33,613 nt of DNA from a virus (IMGVR_UViG_3300020045_000950:1-33613), one strand, 5' to 3'; numbered from the stretch's first letter, positions 16,487 through 25,869 are shown. Program-made: numbers and translations. The notes: generated by a model not told the origin, from the sequence alone.

Positions 16487-17931
16487 CAGTATGCCAATGC
16501 CTCGATTTGTGCCTCAAGGCGCATGAAGGAAACATGCGCATCGCTGTCGCCACGGAAGCGCTGGATGCGCCAGTTCCTCATGTGGCCCTGTTGAAACCAC
16601 GCGAGGCGCTTGGCGGTGTTGCCAATGGTGCCCACTCTGATGCTTTTGTCTTGACTCCAGGCGAGTCCGTCTGTGCTGTAGCTGGTGCTGATCTGTGGGT
16701 TGGTTCCAAGCGCCACGCTGCCGGTCAAGCTGACCAGCTCCAGGCGGTTGAAGATCGCGCCGTTGCCTTCGTTGTAGGCGATGATCGTGCCGAATTCCCA
16801 GCGCACTTGCTGGCCCCAGTGGTGGCCGGTGTCTTGCACCAGGTAGCCGATGGCGCTGCTTTGTGGATCGCCGACCAGCCACTTGTCGTAAGCCCAGACC
16901 AGATTGCGTGCGCGATATTCAGAGAAGCCGACCACGGTGGTGGTCAGAGTAAACCAGACCTGTTCGCCAAGCGCCTCGGATGCGGCTGCATCGTAGACCA
17001 CGGTGCGGTCTGGCAGATGCACGTAGAGGTGCTGATGGGCTTTGTCGTTGCGTGCTTCGAGCTTGACTGTGGCCAGCTGCACCTCGGTGTAGGTTAGAAG
17101 GAGTTCGTCGATCTCTTGGGTGCTGATCTTTTGGGTGGTGGCAGCAGCGCCAACGTAGATGCCTGGGGCTTCATTCCTGCCGCTGCCCAAGAAGGCGATG
17201 CGGTCGATGTAGACGCAGCAGGCAAATGTTCCGACCACGCCCTTTTGGAGTTGAGCGCCGTCGATGCGTGCGAATGGGAACAGCTCGCCGCCTACGTTGT
17301 CGAACACCTCGACGGTGTTGCGGTTGAGGGCATAGATTTCGTTGCGGAGCTTGAGCAGGGCGACGACTGGATCTGGGTCCACCTCAGAACTGCCATACTT
17401 GAATGGGTTGACACTCATGGGATCGAGCAGTTCTGTCACGACAAGACTTGTTCCATCTGTTGTCATGAAAAAACCATCCACCCAAACAACGTCCAGCACC
17501 AGGCCAATGTCTGGGTCTGTTACTTGCCGGAGGATCGGGGCAGTTGGGTTCCAGTCAATAGTGCCTGCTGTTGTAACCGGAATCCAGTAATACAAACGCC
17601 CACCACTTGCTATGGCCAAGACGTCAAAACTGTAGTCGAATGTCACTGCTGTATTGACTGGGCCACCAACATCGCCAAGAACTGTGACAGAGCCAAACTG
17701 GTCTACAGTGACCAGTTTCGTGCCCATGACGCGATAGCACTTGCCTTGCCAGTTGATGCCGCCACGGTCTGTGCCTGGGCCTGTGCCGTTGGCCACGATG
17801 CCATCACCTGGGCGCAGAAAGCCGTTGCTGATGCCTGACTGCTTTGGAACTGGCACCATGTTGACCGGGTAGGCCGTGCGCAGCTCTGGGGTGGCGTCGG
17901 CATAGATGCCGTTGAAAATTGGAATTTGCAT
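16486..17931 (-). CDS. Packaged-DNA stabilisation/tail hub protein (P22 gp10-like)
   Basis: 481 aa beta-rich; YPVNMVP, DRGGI, VDGFF, SEVDPDPVVAL motifs; synteny. Confidence 0.85.
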   Translation of the reverse strand: MQIPIFNGIYADATPELRTAYPVNMVPVPKQSGISNGFLRPGDGIVANGTGPGTDRGGINWQGKCYRVMGTKLVTVDQFGSVTVLGDVGGPVNTAVTFDYSFDVLAIASGGRLYYWIPVTTAGTIDWNPTAPILRQVTDPDIGLVLDVVWVDGFFMTTDGTSLVVTELLDPMSVNPFKYGSSEVDPDPVVALLKLRNEIYALNRNTVEVFDNVGGELFPFARIDGAQLQKGVVGTFACCVYIDRIAFLGSGRNEAPGIYVGAAATTQKISTQEIDELLLTYTEVQLATVKLEARNDKAHQHLYVHLPDRTVVYDAAASEALGEQVWFTLTTTVVGFSEYRARNLVWAYDKWLVGDPQSSAIGYLVQDTGHHWGQQVRWEFGTIIAYNEGNGAIFNRLELVSLTGSVALGTNPQISTSYSTDGLAWSQDKSIRVGTIGNTAKRLAWFQQGHMRNWRIQRFRGDSDAHVSFMRLEAQIEALAY

Positions 17932-17934
17932 GGC

Positions 17935-18219
17935 TTACCACTTGACCTTGTTGGCCCAGTACGCTGCGCTCAGTTTGCCCTTGGCAATGTTGTCAGCGTG
18001 CCGAGCTTTGAATGATTCGCGCCGGGCTTGGCTGGCTTTGGACTCGCCCTCTTTTTTGGGTGAGCCGGACACGCCTTGCTGACCGAACCGAATGGTTTTG
18101 ATCTCGTCGCCCGACTTGGCCACGACAACGTGGCTTTTGGTGGGATGCGATGGCGTGCGCTTGGGCTTGTTGTAGCCCTCAACACCGGCACGGGCAAGGC
18201 GCGTGTCTTTGGTGGCCAT
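17935..18219 (-). CDS. Small basic protein, 94 aa
   Basis: ATG 18219 just after the upstream stop; KTIRFGQQG...RRESFKARH...SAAYWANKVKW. Confidence 0.75.
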   Translation of the reverse strand: MATKDTRLARAGVEGYNKPKRTPSHPTKSHVVVAKSGDEIKTIRFGQQGVSGSPKKEGESKASQARRESFKARHADNIAKGKLSAAYWANKVKW

Positions 18220-18221
18220 GG

Positions 18222-18677
18222 TTAGGCGATCCGATACCAGCTGTTGGTGGCCTGCACGAAGCGGACACGGAAGTTGTCTTGCGCTGCGAGTGTGGTGGGT
18301 GCGCCGTAAAGCTGAGATGCACCATTGGCTGCAAGCGTGAAGGCGGTGATCTGCTGGGTGGTGGTGACCAAGACCTCGGTTCCGTCTGGGGTCTGCGTGT
18401 TGAGTGGCAGGGTGACTGTGCCAGAGGCCAAAGTTCCGGCCGGTTGGATCAGCATCCACTGCTGCTGGCTGACTGGCGTTGGCACTGCGATGTTAAAGCC
18501 AGTGCCTGGGGTGAAGATGCTCGTCGCCATTGTGGGGGCGGCAAACGTCTGCTGGAAGTATTGCAGGAGCTGGGTGATCGAGACCTTGCGTGCGTCGCCG
18601 TTGTTGGAGACGTAGACCGGCAGTAGGTCGCCGCCAGATACCTGGCTGACCCCAGAGAGTTGGTTGATGTTTGGCAT
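18222..18677 (-). CDS. Virion structural protein
   Basis: GAGG RBS; beta-rich; between the gp4- and gp10-like genes. Confidence 0.7.
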   Translation of the reverse strand: MPNINQLSGVSQVSGGDLLPVYVSNNGDARKVSITQLLQYFQQTFAAPTMATSIFTPGTGFNIAVPTPVSQQQWMLIQPAGTLASGTVTLPLNTQTPDGTEVLVTTTQQITAFTLAANGASQLYGAPTTLAAQDNFRVRFVQATNSWYRIA

Positions 18678-18686
18678 GTTGGTTCC

Positions 18687-19169
18687 TCAGTTGTATTCGA
18701 TGGGGCCATCTTGACCGGCCAGGACTGGATCGACGGGCGGACGGATGAAGGGGTTGTCGTAGACGCGCCAGGGCTTGTTGCCTGCGCCTGCTGGCATGGT
18801 GCTGGGCAGTTGTTGCTGCACGGGCATGGCTGCGCGTGACAGGAGCGTGTTGTACGACTCTTTGGCCGTGGCCTTGGTGTCAGGCATGACCTGCTTGCCG
18901 TAGGACGGGCCAAGCTTGATGGCCAAATTGGTGTAGATGGCCTCGTTGGAGCTGTCGGGCACGTTGGTCTGCTCGTCGAGATCGCTGTCCTGGGGGCTGG
19001 ATGGCAGAGGGTAGCCGAGGCGGATGCCGAGGGCGTTCCATGCTGCCATCATGGTGTCCAAGCGCCGGAGGGCGGATTGCATTTGCTCTGGTGTGAGATC
19101 AAAGGCGTAGGAGGCCAGCCCGATCTCGTCGAAGGCCTGCTCGATAAATTGGCGCTTGGTCCATCCCAT
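18687..19169 (-). CDS. Head-tail adaptor (P22 gp4-like)
   Basis: TKRQFIEQAF...ALRRLDTMMAAW...GIRLGY...NLAIKLGPSYG...MPAGAGN. Confidence 0.85.
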   Translation of the reverse strand: MGWTKRQFIEQAFDEIGLASYAFDLTPEQMQSALRRLDTMMAAWNALGIRLGYPLPSSPQDSDLDEQTNVPDSSNEAIYTNLAIKLGPSYGKQVMPDTKATAKESYNTLLSRAAMPVQQQLPSTMPAGAGNKPWRVYDNPFIRPPVDPVLAGQDGPIEYN

Positions 19170-19170
19170 G

Positions 19171-19488
19171 TCATTCTCCAGTTGGCTCGGACAGTCTGTC
19201 CTGGATCAATTGTCCCAGTTTTTTGTCCTTGGTGCGACCGTCGAAGCGGATGCCGAGTTCTGTGGCCTTGGCCTCCAACTCTGCGCGGGTGGGGGCTGCG
19301 TCGTCTTCTGGTGCTGTGTCCACGACTTCCACGGCTTCAGCTGCTGCTTGGGCTTCTGCCTGGGCTGCTGCTTCTGTTTGCTCGCGCAGCAGGCGGTGGT
19401 TGATGCCGTCGATGGGCTTGGAGGGCTTGCGCACCTTCACAGGCTTGCGGTTCTTGGCGTATTTGGGGGTGAGGATCTTTTCCTGCAT
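19171..19488 (-). CDS. Hypothetical protein (basic N-terminus, Ala-rich linker, small C-terminal helical domain)
   Basis: TGATG coupling at 19488; TRAELEAKATELGIRFDGRTKDKKL resembles HeH/Rho-N-type modules. Confidence 0.7.
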   Translation of the reverse strand: MQEKILTPKYAKNRKPVKVRKPSKPIDGINHRLLREQTEAAAQAEAQAAAEAVEVVDTAPEDDAAPTRAELEAKATELGIRFDGRTKDKKLGQLIQDRLSEPTGE

Positions 19489-19649
19489 CACTTGGCCTTT
19501 TTCTTCATGGGCTTGGCGGTCTTGGCGGCTGCTTTGAAGTCTGCGGCTGTGGGTGCGCCTTTGGCACCTGGCTTGCGCATCTTTTCCTTGCTGCCTGCCT
19601 CGATGCGTGCGCGTTTGGCGTTGATGTTGGCGTAGAGACCGGGCTTCAT
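19488..19649 (-). CDS. Lys/Ala-rich basic protein, 53 aa (not in ORF track)
   Basis: MKPGLYANINAKRARIEAGSKEKMRKPGAKGAPTAADFKAAAKTAKPMKKKAK; overlaps both neighbours. Confidence 0.8.
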   Translation of the reverse strand: MKPGLYANINAKRARIEAGSKEKMRKPGAKGAPTAADFKAAAKTAKPMKKKAK

Positions 19650-19816
19650 TTCATGGCCTTCTTGGGTGCTTTGCTGGGCTTGCCTGCTGCCTTAGCTGCT
19701 TTCTCGGCTGTGCTGAGGGCGATGGCCACGGCTTGCTTCATTGGCTTGCCTGACTTCTTTTCCATCTTGATGTTCTTGCCGATGGACTTGCTCGAATAAC
19801 CTTTGGTCAATGGCAT
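19646..19816 (-). CDS. Lys/Ala-rich basic protein, 56 aa (not in ORF track)
   Basis: AGGAG RBS; MPLTKGYSSKSIGKNIKMEKKSGKPMKQAVAIALSTAEKAAKAAGKPSKAPKKAMK. Confidence 0.8.
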   Translation of the reverse strand: MPLTKGYSSKSIGKNIKMEKKSGKPMKQAVAIALSTAEKAAKAAGKPSKAPKKAMK

Positions 19817-19832
19817 GGGGTTCTCCTATTGC

Positions 19833-19864
19833 AAAAAGGGGGGCCGAAGCCCCCCAGTTTTTTT
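19833..19864 (-). terminator. Intrinsic terminator after the coat gene (probably bidirectional)
   Basis: GGGGGGC-TTCG-GCCCCCC-TTTTT on the minus strand; a T-run also follows on the plus strand. Confidence 0.9.
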
Positions 19865-19871
19865 GGCCAGA

Positions 19872-21164
19872 TTACTGGTTGAACAACAAGATGCCGGACA
19901 TCTCGGGGTTCTTGTTGACCACACCGAACAGGGTGTCCATACGGTACTTGATGGTCATGCTGTTGATGTCGTACCACTTTTGCAGGACCAGCTCAATGCC
20001 TTGGTCTGTGCTTGCACGCATCACTGCGACGCCAGCGTCAGAGGGCACTGCGTAACGGCCAGGCAAGATCTCCAAGGAGTCACGCTGCCAGAACACGTTC
20101 ACCGAAGCGGCGTTGACGTTCAAGAAGGTGATGGCGGCTGCATCGGCGGCGATGGCCACATCCACGTTCTTGTACTGCAACTGGGCGTCGGTTGGGCCTG
20201 TGCCACCGATGGTTTGAGCACCGATGATTGGAGGCGTGATGGTCATGGTGGTGGCCGAATCAACAGACACAACACGGAAGGTCTTCAACTGACCAGTGCT
20301 CTGCTTGGTGATGTGGTGCACGGCGTAGACTTCGGCGATCTTGAAAGCGTCGCCAGCTGCAACGCCGGTGGTGCTGTTCACGGTCACGGTCTGGAAGCGG
20401 TTGTCCACGTTGATCTGGCCGCCCACTGCTGTGGAGGTGGCCTGAGGAGCGTAGTTCGCTTGTGTGTTGGAGCCGTTGGTGTCGATGGTCTTGCTTGTGC
20501 CAGCGGCGGCTGCCAGGCGGTTTGCGTAGTCCATCTTGTAGGTGTCGAAGCCTGCGACCATGCCGACGTAGCTGCGCTCGTAGGCTTTGTCCGACTTCTG
20601 GTTGCCGAAGCTGCGAGCAGTGCCGACCAGGTTGCCAGCCAAGCCGTTGTAGTCGCGGCTGGACAGGGCCATGAAGCGGTCGTAATCTGGAACGCCTTGT
20701 TCGTTCATGATGGTGTCGCACAGGGAGACGTCATCGTAATCGCCAGCAGCAGCTGCGATTGGAACAACCAAAGAGCCGAGATTGGCGGCAGAGCCCATGA
20801 TGGCCACGTTGATGTCGGAGGCCAGCTTTTGCTTGGCGCTCTCACCCAGACGGCCTTCTTGCAAAGCGTCACGCAGTTCGAGGGCGGTCATTTCCCATGG
20901 CACGGTCTGGCTGTAGCCCAGAGTCGCGGGGACGGCCAACTGAGTCATGCCCTGGTATTGGCCAGCGATGCTGTTACCGGGTGTGCTGTTGATCGACTGA
21001 GCGATGTAGGGCTGTGGACGCCAGATGGTGTTGTTGGCGCGTTCCATCATTGTCTGGTCTGTGTTGTACACCGCGACGTTGCGGGACAGGACCAGCGCGT
21101 CTTGGAAGCCTTCGAGGAGGTCTTCAAAGGCAACGCGCTCTTCTTTCGAGAAACTATTGGACAT
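19872..21164 (-). CDS. Major capsid protein (P22 gp5 family)
   Basis: 430 aa; MERANNTIWRP, AKQKLASDIN, GDAFKIAEVYAVHHITKQSTGQLKTFRV, PEMSGILLFNQ match the P22 coat family. Confidence 0.95.
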   Translation of the reverse strand: MSNSFSKEERVAFEDLLEGFQDALVLSRNVAVYNTDQTMMERANNTIWRPQPYIAQSINSTPGNSIAGQYQGMTQLAVPATLGYSQTVPWEMTALELRDALQEGRLGESAKQKLASDINVAIMGSAANLGSLVVPIAAAAGDYDDVSLCDTIMNEQGVPDYDRFMALSSRDYNGLAGNLVGTARSFGNQKSDKAYERSYVGMVAGFDTYKMDYANRLAAAAGTSKTIDTNGSNTQANYAPQATSTAVGGQINVDNRFQTVTVNSTTGVAAGDAFKIAEVYAVHHITKQSTGQLKTFRVVSVDSATTMTITPPIIGAQTIGGTGPTDAQLQYKNVDVAIAADAAAITFLNVNAASVNVFWQRDSLEILPGRYAVPSDAGVAVMRASTDQGIELVLQKWYDINSMTIKYRMDTLFGVVNKNPEMSGILLFNQ

Positions 21165-21181
21165 GGTATTTCCTTAAAAAA

Positions 21182-22057
21182 TCATTTTTGAGATGCTGCA
21201 CGCTTTTGCGCCTTGTACTGCACGACTTTGGTCATGTTGCCAGTACGGGCAGCTTCTTCGCGCAGCCGTTCGAGGGTTGAGTCCACCGCCCCAGAGACTC
21301 GGCCGGTTCCGGACACGATTCTTTCGGGCGGCGGGGCTGCCTTGCGGTTGGTAACTTTCAAGTCTTTCTCCAGTTTCGCTACCGCAAAGGCAAACTTTAC
21401 GGGGTCTTTGATGGCGGCCAGCTCTTGCGCCTTCTTGGGGTTCTTGCCGAGTGCGTAGACGACCAGGGCGGGGTTATCCGCACCTTGCAGCATGACGCCT
21501 TGCTGGGTGACGTTGAACAACTCCTGGGCCACGGCCTCGGCGTCGTCAAAGTCTTTGACTCGCAGCTCGGCTTTCGCCTTGCCGTAGCCATCCAGTTTGG
21601 CTTGCCAGGCTTTCTGCTGATTCATAACTTCAGCTTCCTGTCTGGCGTTGGCTTCGTCGGCTTGTCGCTTGCGCTCAAACCAAGTGGCCAGTGCTTCCTC
21701 GAACTTGTCGGCGTCGTAGTCGTGATCTTCCAACTTTGGCTTTGGCCCCAGCGTGACCGGCTTGGTCTCAGTCTGTGCGGTGGTTTGCAGCTTGGTTTGG
21801 AGTTCGCGGTTTTGGCGCTGAAGTTCTCGGTTCGTCTTGCGTAGCTCGCGCACCCATTCAGGAGCGTGTGCCGGTTCTTCGGGAGGTGGCGCTTCCTCAC
21901 CAATGGAGACTACAACCTCGTCGGATTCGCCGTCGTCATCTTTGGTCTCGGCCTGATCGCCTTCGGCTTGCGCTTCTGGTTGCTCGGTGGCCTCGTCCTC
22001 AAGGACTGCGGTGTCGTCGTCTGTGGTGTCGATCTCCTGATCTGCCTGTGTGTTCAT
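21182..22057 (-). CDS. Scaffolding protein (P22 gp8-like)
   Basis: Between portal and coat; acidic N-terminus, coiled coils, C-terminal helix-turn-helix LERLREEAARTGNMTKVVQYKAQ. Confidence 0.85.
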   Translation of the reverse strand: MNTQADQEIDTTDDDTAVLEDEATEQPEAQAEGDQAETKDDDGESDEVVVSIGEEAPPPEEPAHAPEWVRELRKTNRELQRQNRELQTKLQTTAQTETKPVTLGPKPKLEDHDYDADKFEEALATWFERKRQADEANARQEAEVMNQQKAWQAKLDGYGKAKAELRVKDFDDAEAVAQELFNVTQQGVMLQGADNPALVVYALGKNPKKAQELAAIKDPVKFAFAVAKLEKDLKVTNRKAAPPPERIVSGTGRVSGAVDSTLERLREEAARTGNMTKVVQYKAQKRAASQK

Positions 22058-22075
22058 CTTTGACCCTGTGAAACT

Positions 22076-22105
22076 CACCCATTAAAACGGCTGGGTGGAT
22101 ACCGT
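22076..22105 (-). promoter_or_regulatory. Predicted H-type RNA pseudoknot in the scaffold leader
   Basis: ACGGU-AUC-CACCCA-GCCGU-UUUAA-UGGGUG: S1 ACGGU/GCCGU, S2 CACCCA/UGGGUG. Confidence 0.5.
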
Positions 22106-22112
22106 GTGCGTA

Positions 22113-22142
22113 ATTGTCACTCAATTGTGGGTTGATTGACAA
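22113..22142 (-). promoter_or_regulatory. Putative promoter for scaffold-coat
   Basis: TTGTCA-18 nt-GACAAT spanning the portal stop. Confidence 0.45.
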
Positions 22143-24189
22143 CTGGTTGTGCTTGTTGTTGGATCATGCCGCCGATTTGTTCGGCCATGTTGAGGGCGTG
22201 ATCCTGAGATTCCATGTCGATGTCGCTGAGGGTTTGGACCGTCTTGGCCCGGCTGAGTTCTGCGTCTGCCACGGTCTTGACCGTGTTGGCACGGGCCTGG
22301 GCTGCTTTGGCTGAGGCTTCCTCGGCTGCGGCTTGCAGGTACATCGCGTTCGGGTCTTGCGGCTGGCCTTGCATCTCGGCCATAAGTTCCTCGGCTTCTG
22401 CGTCTGTGGGCTTGACCACGCCCATGCGCAGGAGCTTCTTGCGGAAGTAGGCATTGGCGTCGCTGATGCCCTCGCCTTCCATGTTCATCATGGCCATGGC
22501 GGTGATCACTTGCTGGGTCTCTGGATCTGCTGTGATCTGGAGCATTCCGGTCAGGGCGCGGACTGTGGCCTCGCGCTTGCTGGTGCTGGATGGTCCGACC
22601 TCGGCCACGACGTCAAAGGTGGCTGCGCTGAGGTCGTTTTCCATGACGACTTCGCCAGTTTCCTGGTCGATGGATGGCTGCATGAGTTCGACCATTCCGG
22701 CCTCGCCTGTGGGGGCGATGGTCTTCATCTTGCGCTTGTCCTCGATGTAGACCTCTTTGGCCATGGAGAGCCAGATCTCGCCGCAGCGCTTCATGCCTTT
22801 GGCGAAATTGCTCATGTAGATGAAGGCCTGCATGTCGACGCGAGTCTGGATCATCTCCACGGCTTTGCCTGACATGCCGCTGACCATTTTGTCTGCGCCC
22901 TGGGGGTTGCCCAAGATGTCTTGCATATCGGTTTCGGTGATCTGCAAGAGCGCGGCCATGGCCGGTGGGATGTTGGGGGCGCGGGTGTAGGCGACTGGGC
23001 CCGACACGGCCTGGTTGCCGTTCTGGTCGGTGATCGGGTTGATGAGCAGATACGGGTAGTCCTTGAGGTTGTCCTCTGACCACATGACCTGGTGGCCTGC
23101 GACCTGCTCGGGGGTCAGGATCGGCTTCTCGACCGATGACAGTGCTGAGATCTCACCCAGCTTGGACAGCTGCATGTTCTTGAGGCGCTGGGCGTCTTTG
23201 GCCAGACGCACATGGCCCATGCAGCGCTCGATGTTGTCGACGAACCAGCGCTTGCCGTACACGACCACGATCGGGATGCACTTGCCTGCGATGTAGCCTG
23301 CATCTTCCAGCACTTTGCCACCGGACATGATGTATTTGCGCACGCGCTTGCGCTTGACTCGCTTCTGGCGGACTTCCTTTGTTCCAATCGCCAACAGGGT
23401 AGCTTCTAGGGTTTCGTCCGCTGCAAAGTCTGCGGGGCTGTAGCGTTCTTCCTCGCCTGCGATGTTTTCAAAGATGCGGATGGTCTCGGTCTTTTCCTCA
23501 ACCTTGTAGTACTCGGCCACATAGACTACATCAGGGGTACACCAGTCGAATTCATACTGGTGGATGATCTTGGGCCAATCGGTTGGGTCGTCTCCCCAGG
23601 TGTCTTTGTAGGCCTGGCGCGTCATGCTGGTGACGACGTAGCAATACTTGGCGTCGGACTTGTCCTGGCGCTTTGCCCCGAGGTCAAAGAACACCGAGCT
23701 GTCAGCGTCGAAGATGGGTTCAATCCTGATGCGCTGGCGGTCGTCTTCGTCGTTCTCTTCGTCTTCGTAGACTGTGCGCAAACGCCATGCACCGATGCCG
23801 CCGCCGACTGCTTCCTCAAAGGCGTTGTCGTAGGCCTCATCTGCGACGGATGCCTGCTCGTCTGCACGGTAGAGACCATCGCAGACCTCGGCCAGCTTGT
23901 CGTTTTCCTGGCCGTCCTTGGACACGTAGTCCACCGTGATGCGGTTGTTGCGGTACTCGTTGATGATGCGAATCACCGAGAGCATGATCTTGTTGACCTC
24001 GAACTTGGGCTTGTTCTCGTACAAGTCCCAGAGTGGGCCTTCCCACTGGCTGCCTGCCAGCGAGTAAAAGCGCCGGTCTTGGAGGCATTGCAAGCGCTCG
24101 TCACGGAGGGCTGTTTGTACGTCGTCAAACTGCGCCAGGGCTTCTGCGTGAAGGTTGGCGAGTCGTTGGTCGTTGCTCATTCGGGCCAT
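22117..24189 (-). CDS. Portal protein (P22 gp1 family)
   Basis: 690 aa after TerL; GSQWEG, PKFEVNKI, GGIGAWR, IPIVVVYG, GHVRLAKDAQRLKN; C-terminal helical barrel. Confidence 0.95.
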   Translation of the reverse strand: MARMSNDQRLANLHAEALAQFDDVQTALRDERLQCLQDRRFYSLAGSQWEGPLWDLYENKPKFEVNKIMLSVIRIINEYRNNRITVDYVSKDGQENDKLAEVCDGLYRADEQASVADEAYDNAFEEAVGGGIGAWRLRTVYEDEENDEDDRQRIRIEPIFDADSSVFFDLGAKRQDKSDAKYCYVVTSMTRQAYKDTWGDDPTDWPKIIHQYEFDWCTPDVVYVAEYYKVEEKTETIRIFENIAGEEERYSPADFAADETLEATLLAIGTKEVRQKRVKRKRVRKYIMSGGKVLEDAGYIAGKCIPIVVVYGKRWFVDNIERCMGHVRLAKDAQRLKNMQLSKLGEISALSSVEKPILTPEQVAGHQVMWSEDNLKDYPYLLINPITDQNGNQAVSGPVAYTRAPNIPPAMAALLQITETDMQDILGNPQGADKMVSGMSGKAVEMIQTRVDMQAFIYMSNFAKGMKRCGEIWLSMAKEVYIEDKRKMKTIAPTGEAGMVELMQPSIDQETGEVVMENDLSAATFDVVAEVGPSSTSKREATVRALTGMLQITADPETQQVITAMAMMNMEGEGISDANAYFRKKLLRMGVVKPTDAEAEELMAEMQGQPQDPNAMYLQAAAEEASAKAAQARANTVKTVADAELSRAKTVQTLSDIDMESQDHALNMAEQIGGMIQQQAQPVVNQPTIE

Positions 24190-24234
24190 GTTGGTTCCTC
24201 AATTTGTGCGGATTATCTCACCGCGCTTAAAAAA

Positions 24235-25461
24235 TCACCACTTTTTGACATTTGGCAAGGGTGTGAAGATCGCGGGTTTGGATGCACCGGCTCGGCGCAC
24301 GGCTTCGCAGGCGTAGCGCAGGGCATCGATTACGTGGTTTTTCTTGTCCTCCAGCACGGGCAGGATCTTGCCGGTCAGGGGGTCTTGCTTGTAGCTGTAG
24401 AGGGTGAGCTCGTCGATGGTGTGGATGCAGCGGGGGTGCACCACGATGTCGTAGTTCTTCAAGAACTCGATGCCCTCCTCCACTGATCGTGGGCCTTTGA
24501 CGGCTGTCATGATCTTGGGGAAGCCGTTCTTCTTCATGTGGCTGATGGTCTCTGGCCTGGCGGAGTCGGCCACGATGGGCCACTTTTCTGCCTCGGGCAC
24601 GGTCATGAAGAGCTCGGGGGTGTTCACGATCTCGCAGCCGACCATGTAGGCCTCGTAATCGATGTAGAGGGTGCGGCCAATGATGTGGCAGCGCACGAGG
24701 GTGGTGGGGTCGATGGAGAAACCCCAGTCAGCGCCGAGCCTGTGGATGGCGTCTTTCGGTGCCTCGAACTCCTCGACCTTCCAGTTTTTGAACACACGGG
24801 TGTTGCTGTTGGTGAGGTAGCCGCCCATCCAAACGTGCTGGTATTTGTCGGGGTCTCTGCGCTTGTCGTATTCCATTTCGTCGCGGAGGACGTCTGGAAA
24901 CCACGGATTGTCGGTGAAGTTGACCTTCAAGACCTGGGCGTCCTTGGGTGGCGTTGGGCCACGCAAAAGGTGGTCGACCGGGTCGGACTGCTGGCGCGGG
25001 TTCCAGGTAAACCAGAGCTCGGAGTCCGGTTTTCTGATGGTTGGCCGCAACAGGTCGAGGCTGGTCTGGCTGAGGCTTTGGGCTTCCTCCACCCAGGCGC
25101 AGTCGTAGCCCTCCAGCGACTTGATCGAGTCGGCGGTGTGGTTTTGCATGCCCTGGAAGATGATCGCCCCGTCGCCTTTGCGACACTTGATGACGGCATC
25201 CTGGACTTCAAAGTAAGCCCCGGCATTCATGGCCTCGATCTTGGTCTCCAGCAGGCGCTTGACGGATTGGTTGAGCGACTTCTGGATCTCGCGCACGCAA
25301 ACCGAGCGCCGCTTCTGGTCCATGATGTGAGCCTCGATCATGAGTTCGGCAAAGAAGTGGGACTTGCCGGAGCCTCGGCCACCCCATGCGCCTTTGTAGC
25401 GCGAGGGATTCATCAAAGGGACTGCCCACTCTGGGGTCTGGAGCTGCAAGACCTTAGCCAT
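24235..25461 (-). CDS. terL: Terminase large subunit (PBSX/Terminase_3 type)
   Basis: Walker A GGRGSGKS, Walker B WVEEA, TWNP, nuclease GADWG...ADSA...NHVIDALRY. Confidence 0.97.
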   Translation of the reverse strand: MAKVLQLQTPEWAVPLMNPSRYKGAWGGRGSGKSHFFAELMIEAHIMDQKRRSVCVREIQKSLNQSVKRLLETKIEAMNAGAYFEVQDAVIKCRKGDGAIIFQGMQNHTADSIKSLEGYDCAWVEEAQSLSQTSLDLLRPTIRKPDSELWFTWNPRQQSDPVDHLLRGPTPPKDAQVLKVNFTDNPWFPDVLRDEMEYDKRRDPDKYQHVWMGGYLTNSNTRVFKNWKVEEFEAPKDAIHRLGADWGFSIDPTTLVRCHIIGRTLYIDYEAYMVGCEIVNTPELFMTVPEAEKWPIVADSARPETISHMKKNGFPKIMTAVKGPRSVEEGIEFLKNYDIVVHPRCIHTIDELTLYSYKQDPLTGKILPVLEDKKNHVIDALRYACEAVRRAGASKPAIFTPLPNVKKW

Positions 25462-25867
25462 TCTTGACGATCACCCGTTCGATCTTGGTGAACTCCAGGG
25501 GAGCGCCGTCGGCCCCGGTGAGTTCGTGCTTCTGGGTTTCGGCCCAGCGCATTTGGGTCTTGCTCCACCAGATGGCTGCTGTGGTGTCGCCTGCCATGAC
25601 CTTCTGGAACAGCGTCTTGCCGACCTGTGCGTTGGCTTTGGCTTTGCCTGATTGCAGCTCGATGGCAAAGTGCTTGCGCAGGGTGTCGGTGTCGATTCCC
25701 TCGCGGATCAGGACTGCGATCTGCTCGATGGGGAGGCCGTAGCCGCTAAGGGCTTCGACCTGTTTGCGCTCGGCATCAGTGGGCTCGAATGCCTTGCGGC
25801 CTGAGCCTTCCCGAGCGCCGCCGTGGGTCTGTTGCTTTTTTACAACCGATTTTTCAAGTTTGGCCAT
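25454..25867 (-). CDS. terS: Terminase small subunit
   Basis: AGGAG RBS, ATG 25867; GGAREGSGRK, HTH, GDTTAAIWWSK, ELTGADGAPL; overlaps terL. Confidence 0.85.
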   Translation of the reverse strand: MAKLEKSVVKKQQTHGGAREGSGRKAFEPTDAERKQVEALSGYGLPIEQIAVLIREGIDTDTLRKHFAIELQSGKAKANAQVGKTLFQKVMAGDTTAAIWWSKTQMRWAETQKHELTGADGAPLEFTKIERVIVKNG

Positions 25868-25869
25868 GG

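Noticed and set aside
19803-21191. 462-aa plus-strand ORF opposite the coat gene (likewise 23560-24486, 24538-25467, 26787-27578, 6616-7485)
   Set aside because: Antisense shadows of GC-rich, codon-biased genes; no RBS or recognisable motifs.
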